DNA of 63,815 bases, counting the filler, from Hausera hauseri (taxonomy: Eukaryota), in assembly GCA_046269625.1 (NCBI GenBank). It is 11 parts of 11 records of this genome, joined end to end, with 100 filler letters (N's around TTAATTAATTAA, not from the genome) between each part and the next. Parts side by side here need not be neighbours in the genome. Positions count along the whole stretch, not along the records: positions 35,988 to 46,325 come from JBJURY010202192.1; positions 46,426 to 51,497 come from JBJURY010344935.1; 9 more parts are not named here. One strand, written 5' to 3'. The position numbers were made by a program, and so were the translations under genes. Positions 38,881-51,597 of the stretch are shown piece after piece (position 1 is the stretch's first letter; each line of letters starts with the position of its first letter). The notes below the pieces were generated by a model that did no database searches, was not told the origin of the DNA, and saw nothing but the letters and a program-made list of their open reading frames with translations.

Positions 38881-39659
38881 TGATGGACGGATTCACGTTA
38901 TACCAGTAGAAGCAAAGCAGAACGTCGCTGTATTAAAGAAGGTAATTGGACCAAAATCAAGAAAAATGATGGCGGAAATTTTCGAACCGGACTCTGAATA
39001 ATTTCTATTCGAAAAATAACGAACACCTTTTCAAATGTGCCAAAGGTGCACTGCATAACGTTACTGAACCTTCAACAACTGATGAATTATTGAAGAGGAA
39101 TTGAATTCAGTTACTATATATGGCTTAACAAACAGAACTGGTCATCCACCTATACAGACAAAGACACATCTAAGCTATTTAATCAAACATCTCTGTCTAT
39201 CATTTAGGTCTACATTCAGTATTCATCATACCGGTCTTCAACTTTACAACGGTCAGGAGTTACTCCATCTAATTTGTTCGAAAGAAATCGGACAGATCGC
39301 CCGTAAGACGACACGGTTGATATACAAAGACATCGATCTGCAATCTCCACAATACAACACGATACCACCAATCATGGAGAGACCAGTACACAACGAGGTG
39401 AGATTCACTATTATGCATTGTTCGGTCGGCGAATATTTTGATATTTTTTACCAACGATAAATCTTACACAACATTACCCTATAAAACCTATATATCTACC
39501 ATTATAAGGTTACCTTCCTCAAATGTGAGTATATCTGAGATTGTCGATTTACTTTCACGTTTGAGTATTTATATCGACGAAGAATTGAGAATCATGTCTC
39601 ATCATGTCCAGATAAGTAACATACCCACTTCGAATAATACTTTAAAGACAATCAGTCCA

Positions 39660-40390
39660 GCGGGTTCGCTCGCAATGGATAGTATGACTCTTTGGGGATT
39701 AGTAAACGATGTACTTGATTTAAATTGGCTACATAAAATATTACCGACAATCATGCTGTTACTTTTATTGATTGCATACACGTCTTCACATGCGACAACT
39801 TACATCGTCATACCGATGGCCTTTAAAACATTCTGGCAAAGTTGCCAATTTCGTTCGTATTTATTATAGTTATATGGTGTTCTTAGCTATTTCCAGTACA
39901 ATTCCCATCAATATTTTCTCCGGTATAAAGAAAATTTGGGATAGCCAAAGTTTGGTTGTCGCAATTTCTAGTCATTGTTTTGATTTTTTTGAATTTGCTA
40001 CCAGCCCTTTTTGACAGAACCATTTTTTCTCTATATCTGTTATGATTCCATCTGTTTTCTGTCGTCTCGAAATTTGGAAACACAGCCGTTATACAGCGAA
40101 GGCGTCTGTTGCTGATACAGTTTGTAATTATTCCTACACCACTTTTACCTTTGTTTTGATTCTAGACCATTTCAGTAAAACACTGCTTTTCTTTATTCCT
40201 CAGATAATAAATTTCGTCTATTCTATTCAACTGTTGTTTCACTTTATTCTTTGTCCACGACATTGCTTCTTGAGATATCTTGCTACTGTCGACAAAGTTA
40301 CTCATTCTACATTGAAATTTAAATTAGCTTCATTGGGCAAAATTGGTAAACTACGTTTTCACGTTCTGAAGTATTTACACTCGTAGGAAT
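39660..40390 (+). pseudogene. DPAGT1: UDP-GlcNAc:dolichol-phosphate GlcNAc-1-P transferase (ALG7) fragment
   Basis: GLVNDVLDLNWLHKILPTI, YYSYMVFLAISSTIPINIFSGI, VADTVCNY and ILDHFSKTLLFFIPQIINFVYSIQLLFHFILCPRH. Confidence 0.85.
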
Positions 40391-40640
40391 TCATGAACTC
40401 GACGATGACTAAATAGAATTTAATAAAATGGCCCAACCACCCTGTGGCATAGGTAAATGCTTATAACTCGTACCTTGTTCTACCAAACCGTTCAAATCCC
40501 ATACCGAACCATCTATGGAAATTATTGGATCTGTAAGGAGACGAAATGGAATCGAGGTACATTATCGCAAAGTAACCGTCCTAACTTTGTATGACCACGT
40601 TGACATACCACTCTATACTGCTTGCCGTTTATCATCGCTA

Positions 40641-41960
40641 TTTTCATTCTCACTTTATGTCAATAACAATTTAATATAAACCGTATATATCACACAACGT
40701 ATGGAAACATTACAATTATACGCTCTCGTTTATAATACCATCGCCTATGCAGATTTTTACCTGGCTCACAACGGTTTCATTTTAACCGACCTCACACAAA
40801 TCATGGTCTCATATCACCATCTATGTATACACGTCAATCCTAGGGTCCGCGGCGGTATGATTGCTCCACTAACTAGTGACACCACCGACAAAGCAACCAC
40901 AAAACCCAAACCCGTTCTCTACTACCCCAAACCAAACCATCCACCTACTTCGACCAATGCAAATTCTTCTCACAAAAATCCTATCAACACTTCCCCACAC
41001 TGTATTGAATACTTTATAGTTAATGAAAAGTCCAGCAAAACTTGGCTCCACTTCCGTCAACTCTGGTTACAGTCCAGCGGTATCACAGACTCGATATCCA
41101 AGCCCATAATCTACTTTATCTTTTACCAAACTCTATAAAGGCCTCAATCCATAACCTACTGGACATCTTCCAACACCCCGACCCTTATACACAATTGTTC
41201 AATGCCGTGTTAAAACAGACAGAACCATCAATTGTTTCAATAATTCAGCGTTTCTTTAATAAAAATGCAATGGGGATACAAAAACCGAGCGATTTCCTAC
41301 GCACCTCGTTGGCTCACTTACGTACTCTAGGCGTCACCAAGGAACATAACCCAGATCTACTTCGACGATATTTCCTTAACGCCTTATCCATTTAAATAAG
41401 GGCTTTACTTACCGTTGTGAAAGATTCTACAGCTTTAGATAAACTGGCTGAATTGGCAGACAAAGCACACGAAGTTTTACAAATCCAATCACAACCTATC
41501 ATATCAGCCGCTATTATTAACGATGACAATCAACGACATACTTCTATTGAGCACCAATTAAATCACCTACGAGCCGAAAATGCGGCCCTACAAACAACAA
41601 TAAATAATATAAACAATAAAATTAACGAGATTTCATTGACTCGACGTGAGGGTTTCATACGTGACCGCAACCATTCAGTATCTCGTGGTCGTTCACCTTC
41701 ACCTGGACGATCACTAATTTGCTATTACCACGGTAGATTCGACAACAAAGCACAAAAATGTTACCTAGGATGAAAATTTTATGATCAAAGATACCATACA
41801 GACACCGTAATTTGCATCTATCATGCAAAATTCAGACATAATGCACGCAAATGCATTCCAGTTTGCACGTTTAAAAACAAATCCCACCACGCAAATAATG
41901 AACCTACAACTTTCGTTTCTAACAGTCGTCCAGGTTCTCCGATTACAAAAAAACTGACTT
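40641..41960 (+). pseudogene. gag: CsRn1-like gag with an N-terminal ubiquitin-like domain (40641-40856) and two CHCC knuckles
   Basis: ...DFYLAHNGFIL...IHVNPRVRGG; capsid region KPSDFLR and LDKLAELADK; CYYH..KC..G* and CIYH..RKCIPVC. Confidence 0.8.
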
Positions 41961-44900
41961 GCTACGAGGGTTTTCGGCAAACACTGGCGAAGGCCACTCT
42001 TCGCTTCCTAATAGCCGAAAATTTTCTTTCACCGTTTTCACATTAAAAGCCTTTACCATCGCACCGACACCTCAACACATAGATTTTCTCTGATTCAGGT
42101 GCAGCGATTTCTTTACTGCTGCTTACCTTTCCAACTCAACATACTCTATCAAAAATTAAACCTTTATTCACAGCTTCCGGACAACCGCTACACGTTTTCG
42201 GTACATATATGCTTTCTTTTATCCTACTGAAATTTACTCAAACTTTCCGCTGGACATTTACCGTTGCAAATGTCCAAAGAGCCATTTTAGGACCTGATTT
42301 TCTTTTGCACTATAACCTCCTCGTCCATTGCAAAAAATGCTGTTTAACAAGCGGTCGCAATAAGGAGCGATTTTATCACGACCACACAATGTCGGCTGTC
42401 GTACGGATGAAGGCAACTCAAAAGCCGATATTACAAAAATCGTTAAACAAACCTTTTTCTAACAACCATGGCACCTTGCTTTATAAATCACTAAAGAACA
42501 ATGTTATTGACGATTGGGGTTTACACAGCGATGAAAGTGATCCTGTTACTACTACAAAATTTTTCGATAAAACTACAAACTACAATACCATCTTCAATAC
42601 TACCATCCTGCATCGAATACCACTTTATCCTCGACCACCAAATAACGTCCGAATTGCTACTGTTACTGATACCGCCAAAATTACCGGTAAGACCTCATCG
42701 CTACCACTAAATTTTTCACAATTACCTGCAAGTCTGCAGCAATTCATCCACGTATCTTTTTCTAGAGTTATTCAAAAAGATAGATCTTTTACACCAGCAA
42801 ACACCACTTTTCACCACATTGTGGCACAACATCAAAGACCTATCCGCCAAAAGGTGCGCCCTTTACCTCCTCGTCGTAGATATGCAGTTGAAGCCAAATT
42901 TCTAGAATTAGAACGTTCCGGAATTGTACATCGCTCTAAATCACATGGTCGTCACCACTATATATCGTTCAAAAGAAGGACGTAATTTTTCGACCATGTG
43001 GCGATTATCGTCAGTTTTCCATATGCTCATCCCTATATCTATGACTTATTAATTGTTTCTTCCCCAGCCAAACAACACGAAGAACATCTAAGATCAATTT
43101 TTCAACGCTTACACCAACATAACTTGCAGATAAATTTCGATAAATGCCATTTTTTAGAAGCGTATACATTTTCTTGGTTATGTTATCTCTGCCGAAGGTC
43201 ACTCGCCTCAATCGGACCGAGTCGAAGCCTTAAAAATCGTGCAGCTACGTCGTACAACAACAGAAATGAGGAGCTTTTTAAGCAATGCATTTCTTCCACA
43301 CGTATGTGCCATACTGCTCTAAACTTACCGCACTGTTTGCTCACCTTAATGGTGGAAAAAAACACCAACCTATACTATAAACTCCTGAACTTGTAAACAA
43401 ATTCGAAAAGCTAAGAGAAGGTTTAGAAACTGTCGAAATATTAGCTTTTCCAAAGCACGATGCACAGCTGATCCCCACTACGGACGCTTCCACCACCGCT
43501 GTGGGCGCCGTACTCATCAAATCTATAAGGGTGACAACCAGCCCTTGGAATTTTTTTCATGCAAGTTAACACCTCCCGAAACTAGATACTCCACTTTCGA
43601 CCGAGAACTACTGGCGATAGTTCTTGCTTTAAAACACTTTTCACATTTACTAACTGCTCGACGTTTTACCATATAGACCGATCACAAACCTTTAATCAAC
43701 ATCATGACAATGAAACATCCATCATCTCGGCAGGAACGTCAGATCTCTTACTTGTCGACGTTTAATTTTGAGATCAAACACATTAACGGTGTAAACAATT
43801 TAGTCGCCGATTTCCTTTCCAGATCCGTTAGCTCCATTAATTTTAAACCTATATTCACACAAGATCAGCTGCAAGAAAATCAAACACCTTTATACATGCT
43901 TAAATCTTTTCGATCTTACAACATCATTGACGGCGTAGCTTTTGACACTTCCAAACAAGGTCATTCCGTAATAGTCTTCGCACCACCTTTGCAACGACAA
44001 GCGTTTAACAGCGTACATTCGCTGCATCATACTGGGGCTAAGGCAACTTTTCGTTTGCTCCACCGGCAAGTAATATGGCCGACTATGAGTTCCGATGTGC
44101 AAGCGTTAGTTAAGGAGTGCGTGGCTAGCCAAAAATTTAAAATCACAAAACATCTAAACCACCACTATATCACTTCCCTTGCACATCACGTTGCGAGACC
44201 GTACATATAGATATCGTCGGCCCTCTTCCTCTTGACAACGGTCATCAATTCATTTTGACCATGAAGGATCGCGCCTCACGTTGGCCAGAATCTGTCCCTC
44301 TACGGAGCACTAACACGGACACAATAGCCGATGTTTTCATCCGCACTTGGATCAGCAGGTTTGGATCTCCTAGATTTATCATTTCGGACCAAGGCCCCCA
44401 ATTCGAGTGCAACCTATTCAAATCACTCGTCAGTAGATTGGGAATCCGTCATATACACACTACGCCTTATCACCCACAATCGAACGGTCTTATTGAGGGA
44501 TTCCACATAACCATGAAAACGTCGCTTAAAATTCTCGCCGAATCCAACAGTAGTTGGACTGTTCTTCTTATGGTCCTGCTTGGTTCGCGGAACACTCCAT
44601 CCACTTCCACTGGATTTTCACCTACCGAAGCTTTATTTGGAGCACCTGTTCGTTCATTGTTTGAACTAACTGCCCTAGATAATACACCTACAGACGAAAC
44701 GATCAAAACAGAGCAGGAACATTTCGTCGCGGTCAGTAAAGACTCGTTCTGTAGAATACTACACAACAAAAAATGTATTTACCCGACAATTTGTATTCCG
44801 TAAAGTTTGTTTGGCCAAGGAATCAAACACCGTTTGGTTTTCAACCGCAGTATCTATGGACCTATAAGCTAATTCAAATACATTCTCACAATGTGGTAAT

Positions 44901-45000
44901 TTTCAAAGATAAAAAGGAACAAGCAGTCCATATAAATAACGTGAAACCTGCCTTTATTGTAGACAACACATCTCCAACCAAAACTTCAACAAATTTTCTC
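41960..45000 (+). pseudogene. pol: Decayed Gypsy pol (PR, internally deleted RT, RNase H, integrase)
   Basis: DSGAA near 42092, WTFTVANVQRAILG.DFL, TTDAS, YSTFDRELLAI, TDHKPL, VADFLSR, SDQGPQFE and TTPYHPQSNGLIE. Confidence 0.92.
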
Positions 45001-45418
45001 ACTCCTGCATTTCCTTCTGTTTCTGTTCCTGTCTCCACTCCTACTCCATTTTCTTCTGTTACTGTTTCTGCTCCCACATTTTTTTCACCTCCTATTCCCA
45101 TCCCTAACCCAACTGCATTTTCTCCTCCGGCTTTTCACCCGTTACTACTCCTCCCTCCAACAATGTATCTTTAGGAACTCCCTTCGACAATTTCAAATAT
45201 TCACCTTCAATTACTTCTTTTCCTTCGCGTATTTTGCCTCAGCAAGACACTAAGCTCAACGTGACAGAAATTGACATCTTTCCTCCCGAAACACCTCAAC
45301 AACTAGAGACAAAAACAAAGACATACCGCAAAACTGCCACTTTGAGCAAGAGAAACATCGAATGGATACAACGTCTGTTCATTTAATCTTCCCTTTTATC
45401 CTTACAGTTCACAACTTG

Positions 45419-45436
45419 CCACGGGGGGTATTGTAG
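45419..45436 (+). promoter_or_regulatory. Polypurine tract and probable 3' LTR start (TGTAG at 45432)
   Basis: CCACGGGGGGTAT-TGTAG downstream of integrase. Confidence 0.55.
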
Positions 45437-45570
45437 TGCCTATTAAAAAATTTTAGTTTTGTCAAAGTCGGCCGTATGCTTGAATTCGTCTCTTAACTCA
45501 TTAACTTTACTCAGATCGACTCCTCGAAATTCTTTTTTGGAAAATCCAATCGATATACTTTAGATATAAA

Positions 45571-46300
45571 ATGAACGACATTTTCCATGATATTTATTGT
45601 GGTTCTGTTGAAGGTCTTTTTTGTTTCATGACATTCAACAAAGATTCCATATTATTGGATTCCTTAACTGATGATTACCGATTCGATCCAACCCATGCTG
45701 CTGCAGCATTCAACCAAGTTCATATTTTATCACTGCTCTATCTCTGGGAATGTAACATGGACAAACACGACAGTAATGGTCTGACACCAATCATGTACAC
45801 CTGCTTCAATGAAGATTCTATCGAATGCTTTCAATTTCTCTCTCTTATCGGTGCTAATCTAACGATTAAATCCATCAAAGTTAACATGTCAATAATTAAT
45901 CTTTTGATCCGGTATAAAAATGTCAAAATCCTTAGACACCTTGCTTTTAAAACAGATTTCAAAGATCTTTGTTCGACAAAACTCAGTTTGTCTAGTACCA
46001 AGTTCCTGGATTCCATTTTACTATCAGTATTTATTGCTTCATTCTTCCATGGTTGTTCTTTCTGATTTTAATAGTTTTAAATTCAAACAGATTCGGAATA
46101 ACACTCAAAATTGTTTTGGTAGATATAGCTTTTTATGCACACTCAGTAGACGTTACTGGATACAATCGTTCACGATTAACTCTGGGATCATGTTCGATAA
46201 TCATGTCGCCACATCTTGAGTTTTTTTAGAATCATGTTCTATGGAATTTCGGCATTCAACTAGTTGAATTTGGTATATTTGTACTGTGTGCTGTGAAGGC
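45571..46300 (+). pseudogene. Ankyrin-repeat fragment, ZDHHC17/HIP14-like palmitoyltransferase
   Basis: PTHAAAAFNQVHILSLL...MDKHDSNGLTPIMY...SIECFQFL, then a hydrophobic segment and a possible decayed Cys/His-rich region. Confidence 0.5.
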
Positions 46301-47524
46301 GATACAATTTAAGCTGCCGCCATCANNNNNNNNNNNNNNNNNNNNNNNNNNNNNNNNNNNNNNNNNNNNTTAATTAATTAANNNNNNNNNNNNNNNNNNN
46401 NNNNNNNNNNNNNNNNNNNNNNNNNTCACAAATCCATTCTTTTGCTTCTTTCGCAGATTTCCCAAGATTAAACATAAATAAAATACAATTTCGAATGTGA
46501 TTTTTTGTGGGATCCATAGTTGAATGATTCGGTTAAATAAAAAAACGTGGTTAGGTGTTTTTACTTCATTAAAACGTTTTGATATACCAGTCGGGTACTT
46601 ATGCACCACCCTAATACTTTTTGGTTTTCTGAAACAGAATTAGTGAAATATTTCTGACAACATCCTTCATTATTGATAAAACGCATTTCATAAAATTAAA
46701 TATTCAATATTGATGATCGTATCTATGTACTAGAATTTTTTCCATTGGGAGTTGGTCACTGCAATGATAGCTACGTAACATTTGTGAACGATAATGAAAT
46801 TAGAATCCCAAAAAATAGACATTTTGAATTTTTAATTTTTTTCTATTTGGGAAATGACAATAAATTTATAATAATTAGTTTATTGCAAAATTAAATCGAA
46901 ACTAAATTTTAGTCTAAAACATTATTGTCTTTTGCCAGATATAACACGGCAGGAACAGATAATTCCGACCAGAACAATGACTTCAAACATGGAAATATAT
47001 GGGAGCATATCAAGCTGTTGTTATATTACGAGACATAATTTTGCCATTAAATTGTAAAACTTATTTGACAATACAAATTGACTATTGGAGAATTTATTTG
47101 GTAAATTATATGACACGAAGATAAAGGAATTTTTTCACTATATAGAGCTTTTTCCAATAATGAAAAATATTCACGTCAGATAAAGAAGTGATGAAATTGC
47201 AACACAGGTCAATGAGCAATCAATAATGACTCATTCAACAGCTGCAGCATTAAATTGTTCACACTACCTACTCATGTATTTCGTGTGCAATCGAAAAATA
47301 TTTTGGAACATCAATATAAAAACAGGTTCGAAAGTAAAGAAAAGTTTCCATATTATTACTTTCAGGAAGCAATGTTTTATCATTTCTTTAATGATCAGTA
47401 TTATTTAATAAATAAATTATTAAAAAGAATAACAAAAAAGGCCAAACACCAAAATGATGAAAATAGCTTTATTATAGTTCTTATAAAGATGGAAGAAGAC
47501 TTTTGTCATGTGTGCACGGTATGA

Positions 47525-48118
47525 CTACGTCAAAGACTTCCGACATGTTTTCAACCCTTTTTTAAACATACTATAAGCGAACAAAAATATAGCTGCTTCG
47601 CTGTAATGTTGAATGTGCTTTGGAATAATAGTTTCAATAAAATCATTGCCAGATTTGTTTTGTCTGTTTGACACATTTGTCGCTAATTCAAGAGCTGTTT
47701 GACTAACTAATTTAAAATCATGAATTTCTTGTGATTGGTTGATATTAGCAACTTGAAATGAAACGTTGCATAGTTTTACTTCTGGGATCAAATATACAGC
47801 TTGTTGTCCATTTATTGCTTGAAAAGACGACTCACATTCAGGCAGTACGTCAATTTGAACAGCATGATTTTCCATTTCCGTAAACGTGGGTACGATCGGT
47901 TCATAAACTATGCAAACATTCTGTTCTTCTAAGCTGGCTATTTTCATATATTGTATCTCATGTTCCATAATAACTTCAACAAAATTTGGTATTTCACAAG
48001 GCAAACAATATTCAGCAAAAAAGACACTTTCTGCATAAGTGTAGTCTTCTGATTTGGTTGAATTTTCATCAACCGAAGAAAGGTTAAATGATGAAGCAGA
48101 AATAGCTAAGGTAATCAT
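47525..48118 (-). CDS. Hypothetical protein (orphan ORF, 197 aa)
   Basis: Longest ATG-initiated ORF in AT-rich C9. No motif recognised. Confidence 0.3.
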   Translation of the reverse strand: MITLAISASSFNLSSVDENSTKSEDYTYAESVFFAEYCLPCEIPNFVEVIMEHEIQYMKIASLEEQNVCIVYEPIVPTFTEMENHAVQIDVLPECESSFQAINGQQAVYLIPEVKLCNVSFQVANINQSQEIHDFKLVSQTALELATNVSNRQNKSGNDFIETIIPKHIQHYSEAAIFLFAYSMFKKGLKTCRKSLT

Positions 48119-50344
48119 TTAAATTGGGCTAAAGTAAACACTAATATACCCTTGAAATTGCCTAGGTTAGGCATTAATTTTCTTAACTTGTCAACAAATT
48201 CCTTTATGGTTCTGTTTACTTTGTTGGATTTGTTTGAATCTTTGTAACAAATCAGGAAGAAAGTATGGCAATTTTCCTGAAATACATTTTTGAATAAACG
48301 ACACAGTCTGGAACTTCGATATGGGACGTATTTCTAAAGCAGAAATGTGCTTAATGTCTGTTTTTATTCGTAGTCAATTAATAAAAGTGCAGTAGTAAAA
48401 TATTCATTCTATTATATGAGATAATTCACAAGGAACATTATTGGAATGTCAGACGCAGATTTCAATATTATAAAAATTCTAACAAAATTTTAATGTACAC
48501 AATCAACACGAAAATCTCTGTCGGACATTCCAATAGTGAATACGTAAATGTAAATTAGAAGCCACTTACACATTGCTTTCCTAGATAATCAACCACAGAC
48601 AGAAGATATGTCAACGAAACGTTAATCGACTTAGCAATAACATAATCTTCAGTTGAATCACTACCGTTTAGCGCCTGTTATCCGGCAATGTCCAAAATCA
48701 GAATTTCTCGCGGTTCGATTTTGAATTTATTTGACGTTTCTCTTAATTCGATGTTGAATGCTACGTGTCCGAGATTGCCCATATAATTATTTTCTAATTA
48801 ACCGGTAAAAAAATATAACAACATTCAAATCGAACTTGTTTTGAAATGCATGTTTTTTCTAACTCGATTAATAAACTCATGAAAATCGTGAACTTCAGCA
48901 ATTTTCTCAGCTTTTAAATTCTAAATTTAAATTTCGGAATGATAATGAAAGTTAAATGAAATTAAATACCTTTATGTTTAAGAATCGATCATTAATGTAT
49001 TAAAAATAAATATTTTTGCTAATTGTGTGCAATTTAATTTAATAATATATATATAGTTTGGTTACCGACAAAATTTCTTTTCACAGTGTGTTGCATTTTT
49101 TTTGTGTACATTTGGGTAAATTAGGTAATTCTTACAAGACCAAGATTGGAAGTACTGGTTCAATTCATTGTAATCAAAATTGGACGATAGTTCAGAGTGA
49201 CCCATCATTTGGAAAATTACAAATCGGAGTACCCATGAAATCGGTTAAAACCCAATCGACATTTACCATTCCTTTATCTGTATCGGATGATAGTAATTTA
49301 ACTTACACACATACTCACATAAACACACACTTACACGTGAGTATTGCCAGAATTACTCGCACACATACTCCACATTTGGTCACTCGAGTATGTGATTTTT
49401 GTATCGTCTATTGCACGGTTCTTTGTCAGGTAAACACTGTTTGGGAAGCAAATAGCACGTGTGGCAAATTTTTTTTTAACATGTATGCAATTGATATTCC
49501 GATTGCAACAGTAGCCTTGTTAATTTGTCTGGAGGCATAAACAATGGAGTAGGTGATAATCGTACATCGAATGCTGATGGTTTGATTACGTTCTGTTGCG
49601 CAATTAAAACGATTAACTTTTTCTGCGGGTAAGTGGCTATTTCCGGTGACGTATCTGCGGAAATTTCACGGTTGATTTCACGTTTTACTTGGCCTTATCC
49701 GCACGTGAAATCAGCGGAATATTTTAGTCGATTTTCTTTTTTGAGAAGGGGGGGGGAATTTTATTGGACTCTCTGTGGAATTTTATTAAGTTTGACAAAG
49801 ACATATAAATTCTGAAATTAAATTCGGTTCTCCGTCGTGTTATTGAATGTATCAATTTATATATTTTATCGATTCATTCGTTAGCTTTTGTAACTGTTAG
49901 TGTCTTTACAATTTGTGTGTCTTTCACTAACGTTCGTGGTTTTCGGTGGGATTGAAGTCTGTATCCTGTTGGCGAGAAGGGGACTATTGAGGTGTGTTTC
50001 AGCTAAATTTCATGTCCGACCCACACAAAAATACAGAAAGGGGTAGTAAATATCGACATATTCCAAACTCGGGGCAGACGTTATGTGATGCCAGCTCTAC
50101 GAAATTAATTAAACCTTCTGAAACAGTATGCAATTTGATCACATGAGGCTCATGTTCTGAAGGTCCAGTTGACGGAAATTTTCTCTAAAACGTCTTTACA
50201 ATTTCATTAATTCAGAGAACTGAGGTTTAGATTACTGAAATGAAAATAAAATTAAAACTACTCACTGCTCAATCATTGAGTTTATGGTAGGATTTTTGCG
50301 TTCATTTTTGTGTCCATTTCCTTTAGTTATCCACAGCTTTGTTA

Positions 50345-50585
50345 CTACTGGCTCGCCGAAGGTGTGGGTGGTGATTTAGGGGGTTAACCCCTTCCCCATA
50401 GAATCTGAATTCGCCTGATTAATATTGCTCATTTTAAATTTCATATTTGAAATTCCTTTATGCAAGAAGTGCCGTAAAAAGAGGCTACTGGTGGGAAACA
50501 ATAAAATGCAAGAAGTGTTTGGCATTGTGCAATTTGTATTATGTAAACCCCCCCTCCTCTGTTGGAAATCTTGGGCACGCCATTG
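50345..50585. mobile_element. Possible decayed hAT-like MITE
   Basis: Right end GGAAATCTTGGGCACGCCCATTG, with G-rich and C-rich subterminal tracts. The left TIR is poor. Confidence 0.25.
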
Positions 50586-51597
50586 CTTGCTACAATGTCA
50601 AAATTCTATCATAGTATGGAAATAAATCTTGACAATGACAGCCTCTATGAACAACAAATACATTTATAATCCCCACAGAGTGATATTCACAGGCACTACC
50701 CCGACCATACGTCAAATTGATCGCCAATCTTCTATGGGAAATGGTCTAAACGCTAATGAGACTCTCGATATTCTTCACCCATTGATCTTGCCTTTTTATA
50801 AAGATTACGAGTGTGTTTTATTTCCCATTTTTAGTAGGTCACTCTAGACTGGTTTGTTGAACGGGTGATGCAAATGTTTACTGGTAACCCTAATGGAGAT
50901 AAATTTACTTGTAACGTACTATCAAACACAGCTAAATTCCAACTAGCGCCGTTATATGTCTTCATTTCTCACAGAATAGCTTTAAATAATATGGGTGAAC
51001 CGAGTTATATATACTATCCTATTTTATTAATTATTATGCCTCACTTCCGCTTAAAATATACTATTCATCTTATATGTCCAACATATTTCATCAAAAATTC
51101 TTAATACAACAGGTACTCGGATTACGAACAATTCGGGTTACGAATGCGCGTCTGGATGAGAAAAACTTTCGGGATGGTATTATATATCCCGTTTATTCAA
51201 AATTATTCAAAGCGTTGAAAAAATAATAATAAGATAATGAAATTCGTTGGTCAGACGAGGAGGGGGGTAACAGAAGAAAAGTACCAGTGCTTACATGTGT
51301 CATTAAAGAATTGTTAAATAGGTGGAGATGGCACCAAACACCATAGAAGTTCATAGAGCATCTGATATAAATTTGTAAACCACTTCAGGGTTATTTTAAA
51401 GAAGAGAGTATTATTTTTTAAAAAGAAGCAGACGACTCAGGGGCATGTTTCCCAATATCATTCTGAAATCATTCTTAAAGATAATGTGTGACCAGACNNN
51501 NNNNNNNNNNNNNNNNNNNNNNNNNNNNNNNNNNNNNNNNNTTAATTAATTAANNNNNNNNNNNNNNNNNNNNNNNNNNNNNNNNNNNNNNNNNNNN

